A DNA stretch of 32,000 nucleotides from Ignicoccus hospitalis KIN4/I (GTDB lineage: Archaea > Thermoproteota > Thermoprotei_A > Sulfolobales > Ignicoccaceae): the NCBI RefSeq assembly GCF_000017945.1, contig NC_009776.1, positions 1,080,001-1,112,000 of the forward strand. Direction: 5' to 3'. Below the pieces are notes generated by a model. It was not told the origin of the DNA. It worked only from the letters and a program-made list of their open reading frames with translations, and ran no database searches. Position 1 is the stretch's first letter. Every line of letters begins with the position of its first letter. The position numbers were made by a program, and so were the translations under genes. This document shows, piece by piece, positions 9,896 through 18,499 of the stretch.

Positions 9896-10060
9896 TCACT
9901 CCTCCTCCAAGGCTTCCCTAGCTATCGCCTTGGCCTCCTCGCTGCTCAGGAGCTCCTTGAGCTTCTCTTGGAGGCACCTCCGGTACTCCTCCTCGCTTTT
10001 GGAGATGGCCTTACACTCCCTCTCCACGCTCTCCAAGAGCTCCGCCGCTCTGTCCGCCAC
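9896..10060 (-). CDS. Small hypothetical alpha-helical protein (54 aa, GTG start)
   Basis: Translation (M/V)ADRAAELLESVERECKAISKSEEEYRRCLQEKLKELLSSEEAKAIAREALEEE; GATTTATAG immediately upstream. Confidence 0.5.
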   Translation of the reverse strand: MADRAAELLESVERECKAISKSEEEYRRCLQEKLKELLSSEEAKAIAREALEEE

Positions 10061-10105
10061 CTATAAATCACCTCTCGCAAGGGGGCTTTCAAGGGGAATT
10101 AAAAT

Positions 10106-10154
10106 ATGATGAGGGCGTCCTATTCTGAGCGGGTGATGAGAGACCCGGAACTGA
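10106..10154 (+). ncRNA. C/D box sRNA (2'-O-methylation guide)
   Basis: ATGATGA (C, 10106-10112) - GGGCGTCCTATT - CTGA (D', 10125-10128) - GCGG(G) - GTGATGA (C', 10133-10139) - GAGACCCGGAA - CTGA (D, 10151-10154). All four boxes match consensus with archaeal-type spacing, in an intergenic region. Confidence 0.88.
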
Positions 10155-10285
10155 ACCGCTCGAATTATCTAAGAAGTATTAGGTAACTACTGAGGCCCGC
10201 GCGTCACAGCGCCCCGAGGGCCTACCCATACTCGGGAGCACCAATGCTGGCACTCCACTTGAAGCTGCCTTTCTTCTCTCACCCT

Positions 10286-10477
10286 ATGAGCGAAGAAGAG
10301 GCCATAATCAAATCTATCAACGGCGAGGTCGTGAGCATAGAAAAGCTCAACGACCTCTACGTAGTTAAGGTGAAGGGGTGCTCTCACTTGGACGTGAGGG
10401 CCGCTAAGGCGTGGTTAGTTAAGTCCGGCTTTAAATCATTGGCTAAGAAGACCGTGTTCGTGTGCCTCCCAACTTAA
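10286..10477 (+). CDS. Small hypothetical protein
   Basis: ORF 10244..10477; start at MSEEEAIIKSINGE (10286) preferred. Confidence 0.5.
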   Translation: MSEEEAIIKSINGEVVSIEKLNDLYVVKVKGCSHLDVRAAKAWLVKSGFKSLAKKTVFVCLPT

Positions 10478-10511
10478 AAGTTCCCTTATGCGGAAAGGGG
10501 GGAGATGTGAA

Positions 10512-11024
10512 TTGAAGTGCGTGAGCGACTTCTGCTTCTTGGAGGACGTGGAAGTACCGGAAATAGACAAGCCGGAGAACGAAGGAGCGCTGCTGATAAA
10601 CACTAACGAAGACCCCATAAAGACAGAGTACGTGACGGTCTACCACCAACCCCTATGCGTCAACTCCACCTTCCCCTTCGGAAACTTCGTGCGGGCAGTA
10701 GAGAGGGCCGTCAAGGAGAAGGGCAAGGTCTTCGTGACCAGTAAGGAGGGCTGCGGAAGGGCTTCGGCCGTGGCGGTGGCCGCCGCCTTGGCTTCCAAGG
10801 TAGACTTTGAGAGAGTGAAGTCGAAGTTCGGCGAGTGTAAGATGAACTACGAACAGTTGGTTAACGCGATCTTCGTGGGGCTGGTCATGAGGAAGTTCGG
10901 CGCCGAGCTGGGGGCGGAGAAGTTGCTGAACGGCTGTGAGGGCATAAAGGGGTTTAGGAACACCAGGGAGCTGTGCGAGTTAAGGGAGGAGGCCCACGAG
11001 CTGGCGCTCCAGTGGTCACCTTAA
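10512..11024 (+). CDS. Putative protein-tyrosine/dual-specificity phosphatase-like protein, probably catalytically inactive
   Basis: ORF 10488..11024; GGGGGAGA ribosome-binding-like motif before TTG 10512. FVRAVERAVKEKGKVFVTSKEGCGRASAVAVAAAL aligns with the DSP P-loop VHCxxGxGR(S/T) with Cys->Ser. Confidence 0.5.
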   Translation: MKCVSDFCFLEDVEVPEIDKPENEGALLINTNEDPIKTEYVTVYHQPLCVNSTFPFGNFVRAVERAVKEKGKVFVTSKEGCGRASAVAVAAALASKVDFERVKSKFGECKMNYEQLVNAIFVGLVMRKFGAELGAEKLLNGCEGIKGFRNTRELCELREEAHELALQWSP

Positions 11025-12605
11025 GGCTTCCACGTCCAGCTCCAACACCGCCGTGGGGAGCTCCACCCCCACTTTTTGTAAGTACTCCGGGTGCACCTCG
11101 CCCATCACGCCCACGACCTTGTCCCCGACAATTACAGCAGCCGCCCTCCCCTCTATGAAGGGCCTGACCTTAACCTCTTCCAAGGCGTACCGGAAGCCCA
11201 AGGTGAGGGCGAGCCCCTTTAAGACTGCTCCGACGTCAGTTAGGGTCACCTTGTCCCCTGCCACCGCGACGCCCACCCTCCAAGCGGTCTTGTCCTTGAG
11301 GACCACCGGCCCCACCTCGAAGACCTCGACCCTCGACAAGGCCTCTTGGTTCTGCTTGACCGCCAGCAACAAGGAAGGCACCAAGCTCGGGCGGAGGGCG
11401 GAGTAGCTCTTCAGCCTGGGGTTTAGTACCTTCACCGGCTCCACTCCCAAAAGCTCCTCCACCAGCTCCCCGTCTATTAAGGCAAAGTTGAACACCTCCT
11501 CTAAACCCATGGAGGTCAGGATCCTCGCCAAGTAGTCCTTGAAGTAGTCCCGGGAGCCCCAGTGGGTGGGGGGCAGCGCCTCGGCGGGGACCTTGTTGTA
11601 ACCGTAAGCGGAGAGTGCGTCCTCCGCCAAGTCCACCTCGGAGAACACGTCTATCCGGTAGGGCGGCGCCACCGCCCACTCCCCCTCCACGAAGAGGCCC
11701 ATCTTCCTCAACAGCCCCTCTACGTCCTCCAGTTCGAAGCCTGCCACCCTCTTTATCGCCTCCTTGTCCAGCCTCACTTTCCTGTACTTCAGCCTGGGAG
11801 TCTTCATGTTAGCGCCTATCACCTCCACCCTCTGGAGCTCCGGTCGGGGGGAACGCTCAGCCAAGGAAGTAACCATGACGTCCAGAACCCTCAGCATTAC
11901 CTCCGGCACGGTGCCGGTCACGTCCACGAACACGTTCTTCGTGTTTTCATCAACCTTGTAGTCTTCTGCGTTAAGTATGGGAGCCAAGGACATGATCTTA
12001 CCTTCGCTGACGAAAGCCGGGTACTGGCCCTTCACCACCAAGTGGCCGTACTCCTTACCTTTCTCGGTCCTTTCGAGCACCTCCTCGAAGGTCATCTCCT
12101 CCGAGTAGCCCAAGGGTACCATCCTCCCTTCGCTCAAGGACTTGTACTCTATGACCAGCCCCTCCTCCCACCGGGGGTTCAGCTTGTCCAAGTCGTAGAG
12201 ACCTATGGACACGATCTCCCTCTTGTTGCCGTAGCTTATGGCAAGCTTCTCTTGGAGCTGGAACAGCTGCCTTATCGCTTCGTCGTCCAGCTCTAAGTTC
12301 TTGACCACGGCGCCGAAGGCGTAGGGCCTGTACCTCGGCGCCCGCGTGATGTCTAGCTTTACCCTCCCGTCCTCGGCCTCGTAGCGCGGGGGCTCTCTGT
12401 AACCCAAGAACACTCCCAAGGCCCTCCCCAAGCCCTCGGCGGAGAACAAGTCCGCCCTGTCGTGGGGAGCCTCGTAGGTAAGCTCCTCCGTACCCAGCTC
12501 CTCCACTTCCAGCTTCAGAGCCTCTAGGACCGGCCGGAGGTCCTCGGACAGAGGCCCTCGGGCGAGGCGCTCCAAGTCCCACAGCTTGACCGTGACTACT
12601 GGCAA
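11016..12605 (-). CDS. pheT: Phenylalanine--tRNA ligase beta subunit
   Basis: MPVVTVKLWDLERL, B3/B4 and B5 regions, GEVHPEYL near C-terminus; paired with pheS. Confidence 0.95.
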   Translation of the reverse strand: MPVVTVKLWDLERLARGPLSEDLRPVLEALKLEVEELGTEELTYEAPHDRADLFSAEGLGRALGVFLGYREPPRYEAEDGRVKLDITRAPRYRPYAFGAVVKNLELDDEAIRQLFQLQEKLAISYGNKREIVSIGLYDLDKLNPRWEEGLVIEYKSLSEGRMVPLGYSEEMTFEEVLERTEKGKEYGHLVVKGQYPAFVSEGKIMSLAPILNAEDYKVDENTKNVFVDVTGTVPEVMLRVLDVMVTSLAERSPRPELQRVEVIGANMKTPRLKYRKVRLDKEAIKRVAGFELEDVEGLLRKMGLFVEGEWAVAPPYRIDVFSEVDLAEDALSAYGYNKVPAEALPPTHWGSRDYFKDYLARILTSMGLEEVFNFALIDGELVEELLGVEPVKVLNPRLKSYSALRPSLVPSLLLAVKQNQEALSRVEVFEVGPVVLKDKTAWRVGVAVAGDKVTLTDVGAVLKGLALTLGFRYALEEVKVRPFIEGRAAAVIVGDKVVGVMGEVHPEYLQKVGVELPTAVLELDVEALR

Positions 12606-12632
12606 GCCTCTCCCCTGGGGGATGTAAAGGAA

Positions 12633-14069
12633 TCAAAATAACGCCTTCCCCGACCACAGGCCCTTTATAGGCTTCACCTTCCTCAGCTTTATCAAGTCGT
12701 TGGAGTACAAGTCCCTTATGTCAGAGAGCCCCAAGGCCAGCATGGCGAGCCTGTCTATCCCTATCCCCCAAGCCGCCACGGAGAAGTCCCCGAGGCCCAA
12801 CGGCTTCAACATCTCCGGCCTGAACATCCCTCCCGGGAAGACCTCGACCCAGCCCAGCTCAGGGTGCTTGACGAAGCCCTCCACGGAGGGCTCGGTAAAG
12901 GGGAAGTAAGCCGGCTTGAACTTGACCTCCCCCAAGCCGAGCTTCTTAGCGAACTCCTTGAAGAAGCCCAACAAGTGCTTGAACGACACCTCCTTCCCCA
13001 CTATTATCCCCTCGAGCTGGTGGAACTCCATGGAGTGCGTCGGGTCCAATGTCTCTGACCTAAACACCCTGTCCAAGGAGAACGCTCTGTACTCCCCTCC
13101 CCCACGGGAGTACATGGTCTGCGCGCTTACCACGGTGGTGTGGGTCCTCAAGAGGACCTTCAACGCAACTTCGGCCCTCCAGTAGCCCCACATCTCCCGG
13201 TGCACCTCCGCGACCTCCTCCAAGAGCCCCTCGGGCGGGGGAGGCACCCGGGCCCCGGACGCGTAGAACACGTCTGTCTCCGAGCGGGCCGGGTGGAACT
13301 GGGGGACCAAGAGCACGTCGAAGTTCCAGAAGGCGTTGGTTACGTAGTCCCCCACGACCTCCTCGAACCCCATAGATACCAAGACCTCCTTCACGTACTC
13401 GTGGAACTCCAATAGCGGGTGCCTCCTCTTGGGAAGCCTCGCGGGGAACTCCACGCTCAAGTCAAACTTCTTGAACTCGGCGTCTTTCCAAGTCCCCTCT
13501 ATTAAGTCCTTCCTAGTTAGGGCGGTAACCGTCTTACTCGGGACTAGCTCCCCGCGCTCCAAGGCCTTCAAGGCCAACTCCGAAGGTTTTATTATTATCT
13601 TCTTCACCTTGACCTTCCTTAAGAACCCCCTCTTCCGGAGCTCCTCGCAGGGGCTCCCCTCCTCCAAGCACCTCCTAACCCTCGAGGCGTACTCCTTCAA
13701 CACATTCGCGTCGTAACACAGCTTGCCTTCCCTTATTTCGCCCCCCAAGCGCTTAGCGAGGCCTATCGCGACCCCCGCCTCGGGCCCGAGCTTCGACTTG
13801 AGCTCGCTCAGCTCGACACACTCCCCCATCTCTAACAACTTCTCCTCCGGCAACCTTTCGCTCAGATACTTCTTCCCCTTCTCGTTAAGCTCGAAAGTTT
13901 CCACCTCGACGCGCTCAACCTCCACTAACCCCTTCTTCTCCAGTTCCGCCAGGGGCCTCATGAGTTCTTCCTTCCTCTTTCCTAACTTCTTGGCCACCGT
14001 TTCGAGGTCCTCTCCGTCCTTGCTGAGTGACACGAGCAAGCGGTACTGTTCCTCGGGCACCCTTATCAA
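12633..14069 (-). CDS. pheS: Phenylalanine--tRNA ligase alpha subunit
   Basis: HPLLEFHEYVKEVLVSMGFEEV, FHQLEGIIV, FRPEML...AWGIGIDRLAMLALG: class II aaRS motifs of PheS. Start may be TTG 14069 or GTG 14060. Confidence 0.95.
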   Translation of the reverse strand: MIRVPEEQYRLLVSLSKDGEDLETVAKKLGKRKEELMRPLAELEKKGLVEVERVEVETFELNEKGKKYLSERLPEEKLLEMGECVELSELKSKLGPEAGVAIGLAKRLGGEIREGKLCYDANVLKEYASRVRRCLEEGSPCEELRKRGFLRKVKVKKIIIKPSELALKALERGELVPSKTVTALTRKDLIEGTWKDAEFKKFDLSVEFPARLPKRRHPLLEFHEYVKEVLVSMGFEEVVGDYVTNAFWNFDVLLVPQFHPARSETDVFYASGARVPPPPEGLLEEVAEVHREMWGYWRAEVALKVLLRTHTTVVSAQTMYSRGGGEYRAFSLDRVFRSETLDPTHSMEFHQLEGIIVGKEVSFKHLLGFFKEFAKKLGLGEVKFKPAYFPFTEPSVEGFVKHPELGWVEVFPGGMFRPEMLKPLGLGDFSVAAWGIGIDRLAMLALGLSDIRDLYSNDLIKLRKVKPIKGLWSGKALF

Positions 14070-14162
14070 GAAAGGTCCCTACGACATAACTTGGGGGACT
14101 AAAAAGGCGGATGAGGAGCGCTAGGCCGCTCGAGCGGTGAGGAGAGGCCCTCTTCCGACGCC

Positions 14163-15656
14163 TCATATGTCGAAGTACTGGTAGAACTCCGCCGGGTGCG
14201 GGTAGCTCTCTATCTTCAAGCACTCCTCTTTCTTCATCTCTATCCAAGTCTCCAACATCTCCTTGGTGAATATGGGGAACAGCCAGTCGTGGTCGTTCTC
14301 CAGCTCCTCTATCGCCTCGCACAAGGTCCTCGGCAGCTGCAAGGGGGTGCCGAGCTGCTTCCTCACTACCTCTTCCAACTCCCTCCTCGTCTTCGGGTCC
14401 ATGGCGTATATGTTCTGGTCCACCGGCGGCGGGGGCTCGATCTTCTTCTTGATGCCGTCCAAGCCCGCGGCAACCATCGCCGCGAAGGCCAAGTAGGGGT
14501 TGGTGCTGGGGTCGGGGGAGCGGTACTCTATCCTCGCCGCCTTCGGCACTCCCCTCATGTAGTTCGGCACCCTGATTATGGCGGAGCGGTTGGCCTTGCT
14601 CCAAGCTATGTATATGGGGGCCTCGTAGCCCGGCACCAGCCTCTTGTAGCTGGAGGTGGTCGGGTTGACTATCGCGCTGAGCGCCCTGGCGTGCTTCAAG
14701 ATACCTCCTATGTAGTACCTAGCCAGCTGGCTCAGCTCCGCGTACTCGTCGTTGGGGTCGTAGAACAAGTTCTCGTCTTTGTCCTTGCTCCACAAGCTCT
14801 GGTGGGTGTGCATGCCGTTTCCGTTGTCGGCGTAGACGGGCTTGGGCATGAACGTCGCTACCAGGCCGTACTTGGCAGCCACGTTCTTTACCACGAACTT
14901 CAAGGTGACTACCTTGTCAGCCGCTCTGGTGAGCGTGTCGAAACGGAAGTCTATCTCGCCTTGGCCGGGGGAGGCCACCTCGTGGTGGTGAGCCTCCACT
15001 TGTATCCCGAAATGGTCCTCGAGCACGGTAGCTATCTCTTGCCTTATCCAGAACATCTTGTCGTATGGTATGGCCGGCACGTAACCTTCCTCGAACCTTA
15101 TGATCGGGAGCTCCGTGTTCCACGCGGCCTCGGCAGAGACCACCTCCACGTGCATCTTCTTCCAAGGTCTGTCCACCTCATTGATTACTTTGTTGAGTAT
15201 CATGAACTCCACTTCGGGACCGAAGTAGGCCTTGTACCCTTGCTCAGCTAGGTACTCCTCGGCCCTCTCCGCTATGTACCTCGGGTCCTTCTCGAACCTC
15301 TTCGCTTCGCCCTTCTTATAACCTCCCCAGAAGATCTGAGCCAAGAACCTAGCGGTCCTCCCCGCGGCCACCCCCGGAGGGCTCTGCCAGTCGTCCGGAA
15401 TTATTGCGAAGGTCTCCGGCACGGGCCTCAAGAGCATGTCGCTCTCGTTAATCATAGTGAAGCCCTTTATGGAGGAGCCGTCAAAGCCCCCAACGGCGAC
15501 GTTGAAGGCGTTCTCCGGGTCGTCCAGTATCTCCCGCGCGGGGAAGGTCATTTGTTGCAACCTTCCGGGGACGTCCAAGAACTGGACCATCACCCACCTG
15601 ACGTTCTCGGTTTTCATGCTCTCCACTACTTCCTTAACCAACTCCTCGCGTGACAC
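14163..15656 (-). CDS. glnA: Glutamine synthetase type I
   Basis: GSSIKGFTMINESDMLL, GEIDFRFDTL, NGNGMHTHQSLW, NRSAIIRVPNY. ORF opens at 15701 but a TATA-like element at ~15690-15699 and GTG at 15656 (VSREELVKEVVESMKTENVRW) suggest the shorter start. Confidence 0.95.
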   Translation of the reverse strand: MSREELVKEVVESMKTENVRWVMVQFLDVPGRLQQMTFPAREILDDPENAFNVAVGGFDGSSIKGFTMINESDMLLRPVPETFAIIPDDWQSPPGVAAGRTARFLAQIFWGGYKKGEAKRFEKDPRYIAERAEEYLAEQGYKAYFGPEVEFMILNKVINEVDRPWKKMHVEVVSAEAAWNTELPIIRFEEGYVPAIPYDKMFWIRQEIATVLEDHFGIQVEAHHHEVASPGQGEIDFRFDTLTRAADKVVTLKFVVKNVAAKYGLVATFMPKPVYADNGNGMHTHQSLWSKDKDENLFYDPNDEYAELSQLARYYIGGILKHARALSAIVNPTTSSYKRLVPGYEAPIYIAWSKANRSAIIRVPNYMRGVPKAARIEYRSPDPSTNPYLAFAAMVAAGLDGIKKKIEPPPPVDQNIYAMDPKTRRELEEVVRKQLGTPLQLPRTLCEAIEELENDHDWLFPIFTKEMLETWIEMKKEECLKIESYPHPAEFYQYFDI

Positions 15657-15680
15657 AACTGTTCCCGCGTTCCCCTTCAC

Positions 15681-15728
15681 TGATAAACAAGTATTTATCA
15701 TCTATCCCAATATTACTGAACAATGTTC
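15681..15728. promoter_or_regulatory. Candidate glnA promoter with inverted-repeat operators
   Basis: TGATAAA-CAAGTA-TTTATCA (15681-15700) overlaps the minus-strand TATA-like GATAAATACTT; GAACA-A-TGTTC (15718-15728) is a perfect 11-bp palindrome just upstream. Confidence 0.55.
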
Positions 15729-15857
15729 ACAAAATTGTCAATTTCTATAAACGTTTGTTCATTTAAGCACGGAAAAGCTAAGGCTCGAGGCAACGCGTGT
15801 TTACGCACTCCGTTAGGTATACCTAACAAGTTTTTTAGGAGGGGCTCCCGAGCTTAT

Positions 15858-16097
15858 ATGGGGGTTACGGTGTATCTGTCGGAAGCGCCGGAGGGGTCGT
15901 TGGTAAGGGTAGTTAGGATAGAAGGCGGCTTCGGCGCGGTCAGGAAGTTATACGAACTAGGAATAAGGGAAGGATCAACCATTAAGGTGGTTAGGAACCC
16001 TCCCATAGGGCCCCTAATAGTGGAGGTGGACGGTTCGACAATAGCTTTAGGGAGGGGCATAGCTTCCAAAGTCGCGGTGGAGGTTGTGGAGCGGTGA
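15858..16097 (+). CDS. FeoA-like domain protein
   Basis: YLSEAPEGSLVRVVRIEGGFGAVRKLYELGIREGSTIKVVRNPPIGPLIVEVDGSTIALGRGIASKVAVE. ORF opens at 15723; homology starts near ATG 15858. Confidence 0.8.
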   Translation: MGVTVYLSEAPEGSLVRVVRIEGGFGAVRKLYELGIREGSTIKVVRNPPIGPLIVEVDGSTIALGRGIASKVAVEVVER

Positions 16098-16384
16098 ACG
16101 CTAAGGACGTCGTCGGTTTTGCGTTCCTCACCATCGGCTTGGCCGTCAGCGCGTTGGCGTGGTCTACCCTCTTCTTGCCAGACCCGATAGCGCTAAAGGT
16201 GTTAGAAGTTCTGGCCGTGGCCGCCTTCAGCGTGCTCGGCGGCGTGGTGGCTTGGATAGGGCTCCAGCTCCTAAGGAGCCCGCCGCCCAAGCCCGTGGAA
16301 GAGTTGGAGAGGGAGCTGAGGGAGGAGATAGACACCATAAGGAAGGAAGTGTTAGAAAAGCTCAGGGGCAGTACTCGGGATTGA
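16094..16384 (+). CDS. Small membrane protein with two TM helices and C-terminal coiled coil
   Basis: Two hydrophobic segments followed by PKPVEELERELREEIDTIRKEVLEKL; overlaps the FeoA-like stop by 4 bp. Confidence 0.6.
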   Translation: MNAKDVVGFAFLTIGLAVSALAWSTLFLPDPIALKVLEVLAVAAFSVLGGVVAWIGLQLLRSPPPKPVEELERELREEIDTIRKEVLEKLRGSTRD

Positions 16385-16784
16385 GCAACGCGAGGAGCTT
16401 TCTGGCGCCCACGTTCACTACGGCCGCGCCCCCGGCGCTCAACTTCGCCTCGCACCCTAAGCCCCTAAGGACCTCCTCCAAGTCAGGGTTGTGAGCCACG
16501 TACAAGGCTCCGGGTTTGAAAACCTTCGCGAACGTCTCTAAGTTGAACTTACCGGAGGACAACTCTTCCTTGACCTCGTAGGGAACGTTGAATACCTCGG
16601 AGAGGATCTCTGCGGTCTCCTTGGCCCTCCTGAGGGGGCTGGAGTATATCGCTGTGGGCGTGGGCAAACACTTGGCAACCCTCCTCACGTCCTCCTTGCC
16701 CTCCTCGGTGAGCCACCTCTCCTCGTCGCTCCCCGCCCTCTGGGCGCTGACGGCCTTCCCGTGGCGGAAGAGTATCGCGATCAA
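16362..16784 (-). CDS. SixA-like histidine phosphatase
   Basis: FRHGKAV...DEERWLTEEGKEDVRRVAKCL...IYSSPLRRAKETAEIL...LYVAHNPDLEEVL. Confidence 0.88.
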   Translation of the reverse strand: MIAILFRHGKAVSAQRAGSDEERWLTEEGKEDVRRVAKCLPTPTAIYSSPLRRAKETAEILSEVFNVPYEVKEELSSGKFNLETFAKVFKPGALYVAHNPDLEEVLRGLGCEAKLSAGGAAVVNVGARKLLALLNPEYCP

Positions 16785-16835
16785 CGCGCCTCCCGGCTTT
16801 TCAGCGGCGGAGGGGTTAATCGCAGAGGGCCCGGG

Positions 16836-17627
16836 ATGCTGGACTTGTTGTTGTGCACCTTCCTAGCCCCTCAGCTCCTAGGGGGCTTCGCCCTGCCGGG
16901 GGCTTGCGAGCTGCTGAAGACTGGCTTGGCCTTGTGCCACCACCAGAGGCTGACGAGCGTTTACTACTTGAGCCCCGAGCCGGTTTACTTAGGCACGTTT
17001 TCTAACTTGGACGCCGCGGCCTACTGGAACGGGACCTTGGCTCTGCACTTCAAGGGGGAGGACTACGTAAAGGTGGGCGACCTCGAGCTCCCGCTCCCCG
17101 GGGGCGACGTCTGCTTCATGGACTTCGAAGGCGGGGTGCTGCTGGTCGTAGGGAGGTCGTGGGCAGTAGCGTATAACGTCAGCTCCTTGGAGCTGGAGTG
17201 GTCCGCCGGAGGGGTCAGCTGCCCGGCGGACTTGTCGCCAGACGGGAGGAGGGCGGCGGTCTACAGTAAGGACTTGGGGGGAGTCTTAATTATTGATATA
17301 AAGAAGAAGGTGGCTGAAGGCGTGGTAAAGGTGTGCTCTCCGAAGGACGTGAGCTTGAGCGAGAGAGGGTACCTAGTCACTTCGTGTAGTTCCTCCATCT
17401 TCAACGGCAAGAAGTTGAGGTTCGGGGGATACGCGGGCCTCGCTTGGGAGGCCGCGCTGTTGTTGAACAAGAGCTGTAAGGGCGTTATGCTAGTAACGGC
17501 GGACAACAAGGACTACTGCTTCGACTTGGGCTTTACCCCGGACGGCGCGGCCTTGGTCGGGGGAGCTCTGGTAGTTAACAAGGGCGGGGCTTTCATCTTG
17601 TTGAAGCCCTACTTGCCCTCCAAGTAG
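16836..17627 (+). CDS. Hypothetical secreted protein, possible beta-propeller-like
   Basis: N-terminal hydrophobic segment (MLDLLLCTFLAPQLLGGFALPGA) and repeated beta-rich GxDVxxxD-type segments; ORF 16761..17627 trimmed to ATG 16836. Confidence 0.5.
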   Translation: MLDLLLCTFLAPQLLGGFALPGACELLKTGLALCHHQRLTSVYYLSPEPVYLGTFSNLDAAAYWNGTLALHFKGEDYVKVGDLELPLPGGDVCFMDFEGGVLLVVGRSWAVAYNVSSLELEWSAGGVSCPADLSPDGRRAAVYSKDLGGVLIIDIKKKVAEGVVKVCSPKDVSLSERGYLVTSCSSSIFNGKKLRFGGYAGLAWEAALLLNKSCKGVMLVTADNKDYCFDLGFTPDGAALVGGALVVNKGGAFILLKPYLPSK

Positions 17628-18055
17628 ATGACGTACTTCAGCGCCTCCACCAGCTCTTTCAAGTAGTTTATCTCTGCCTTGACGGAGCTCAAGTCCGAGT
17701 TTACGCGGGATTCTAAGGAGTTCACGGCCGAGGTCAGCTTCGCGTAAAGCAGCTTGAGGTCCACCAAATCCTTGTTAAGTTGTGCCTCTAACAGGGTGAT
17801 CTTCCACATCATGAAGGCTATCGCCACAGCTTGTACTATTATGATGGAGGCCAGCGCGAGCTGGGCCGCGCTCACCTCCTTCACTCTAACCTCCTCGAAC
17901 TCCTCCCTCACCTTCTTCGGGTCCAAGAAGCAGTCCTCCTCGCACCTCTCCACTATCCTTTTGACCTCCTCGTAACACTTCTTGTCCAAGTTGGGGAGCT
18001 TCTTAGCGCACTTCCAAAGCCCTCTGATCTCGAGCTCCGCCCTCAAGTGGTCCAA
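17609..18055 (-). CDS. Hypothetical membrane-anchored coiled-coil protein
   Basis: Central TM helix LALASIIIVQAVAIAFMMW followed by a long helix; cysteine-containing N-terminal region. Confidence 0.6.
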   Translation of the reverse strand: MDHLRAELEIRGLWKCAKKLPNLDKKCYEEVKRIVERCEEDCFLDPKKVREEFEEVRVKEVSAAQLALASIIIVQAVAIAFMMWKITLLEAQLNKDLVDLKLLYAKLTSAVNSLESRVNSDLSSVKAEINYLKELVEALKYVIYLEGK

Positions 18056-18435
18056 ACTCTTCCCGTGGAGGGGTCGAACTCAACCCTTCTAACTTTACCG
18101 TAGAGCTTGGCGAAGGTGGGCGACTGCGTCAAAACGGCGAACTCGGTGGCCGCCGCGAAGCCCTCCTCCTCTACCCACTCCCTCGGGCCGTCGAAGGGCT
18201 CCGCGCCCTTCAAGGGCTCCACGCACTGGGGCTTGCCCTTGAGAAGCTGGAGGGCGAAGTGGTAGCTGGCCCTCGCGAGCTCCGCCAGGGTGTCGGCGCA
18301 GAGCCTGTACCTCTTCCCGGGGACCTCGAAGGTTACGCACCGCCCCTCCACGAAGGCCGAGTAGCCGCTCCCTCCCGGCAACTCCTCCGGGCAAATCCGC
18401 TTCAAGTTCCCACCGCCTCTGGAAGGGGTATACAA
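18043..18435 (-). CDS. Hypothetical protein
   Basis: 130 aa ORF overlapping the downstream coiled-coil gene by 13 bp on the same strand. Confidence 0.5.
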   Translation of the reverse strand: MYTPSRGGGNLKRICPEELPGGSGYSAFVEGRCVTFEVPGKRYRLCADTLAELARASYHFALQLLKGKPQCVEPLKGAEPFDGPREWVEEEGFAAATEFAVLTQSPTFAKLYGKVRRVEFDPSTGRVWTT

Positions 18436-18499
18436 GGGGCAGAGTCGGGCCGGCTCACCGACCGCCCTCGGCGGCCTCGACGACCGCCGCTTCGGCCCA

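Noticed and set aside
14098-14140. Palindrome CCGCTCGAGCGG followed by a T-run, a possible terminator after glnA
   Set aside because: The T-run CTTTTTAG is equally well placed as the TATA-like box for pheS; cannot separate the two, so not listed as a terminator.
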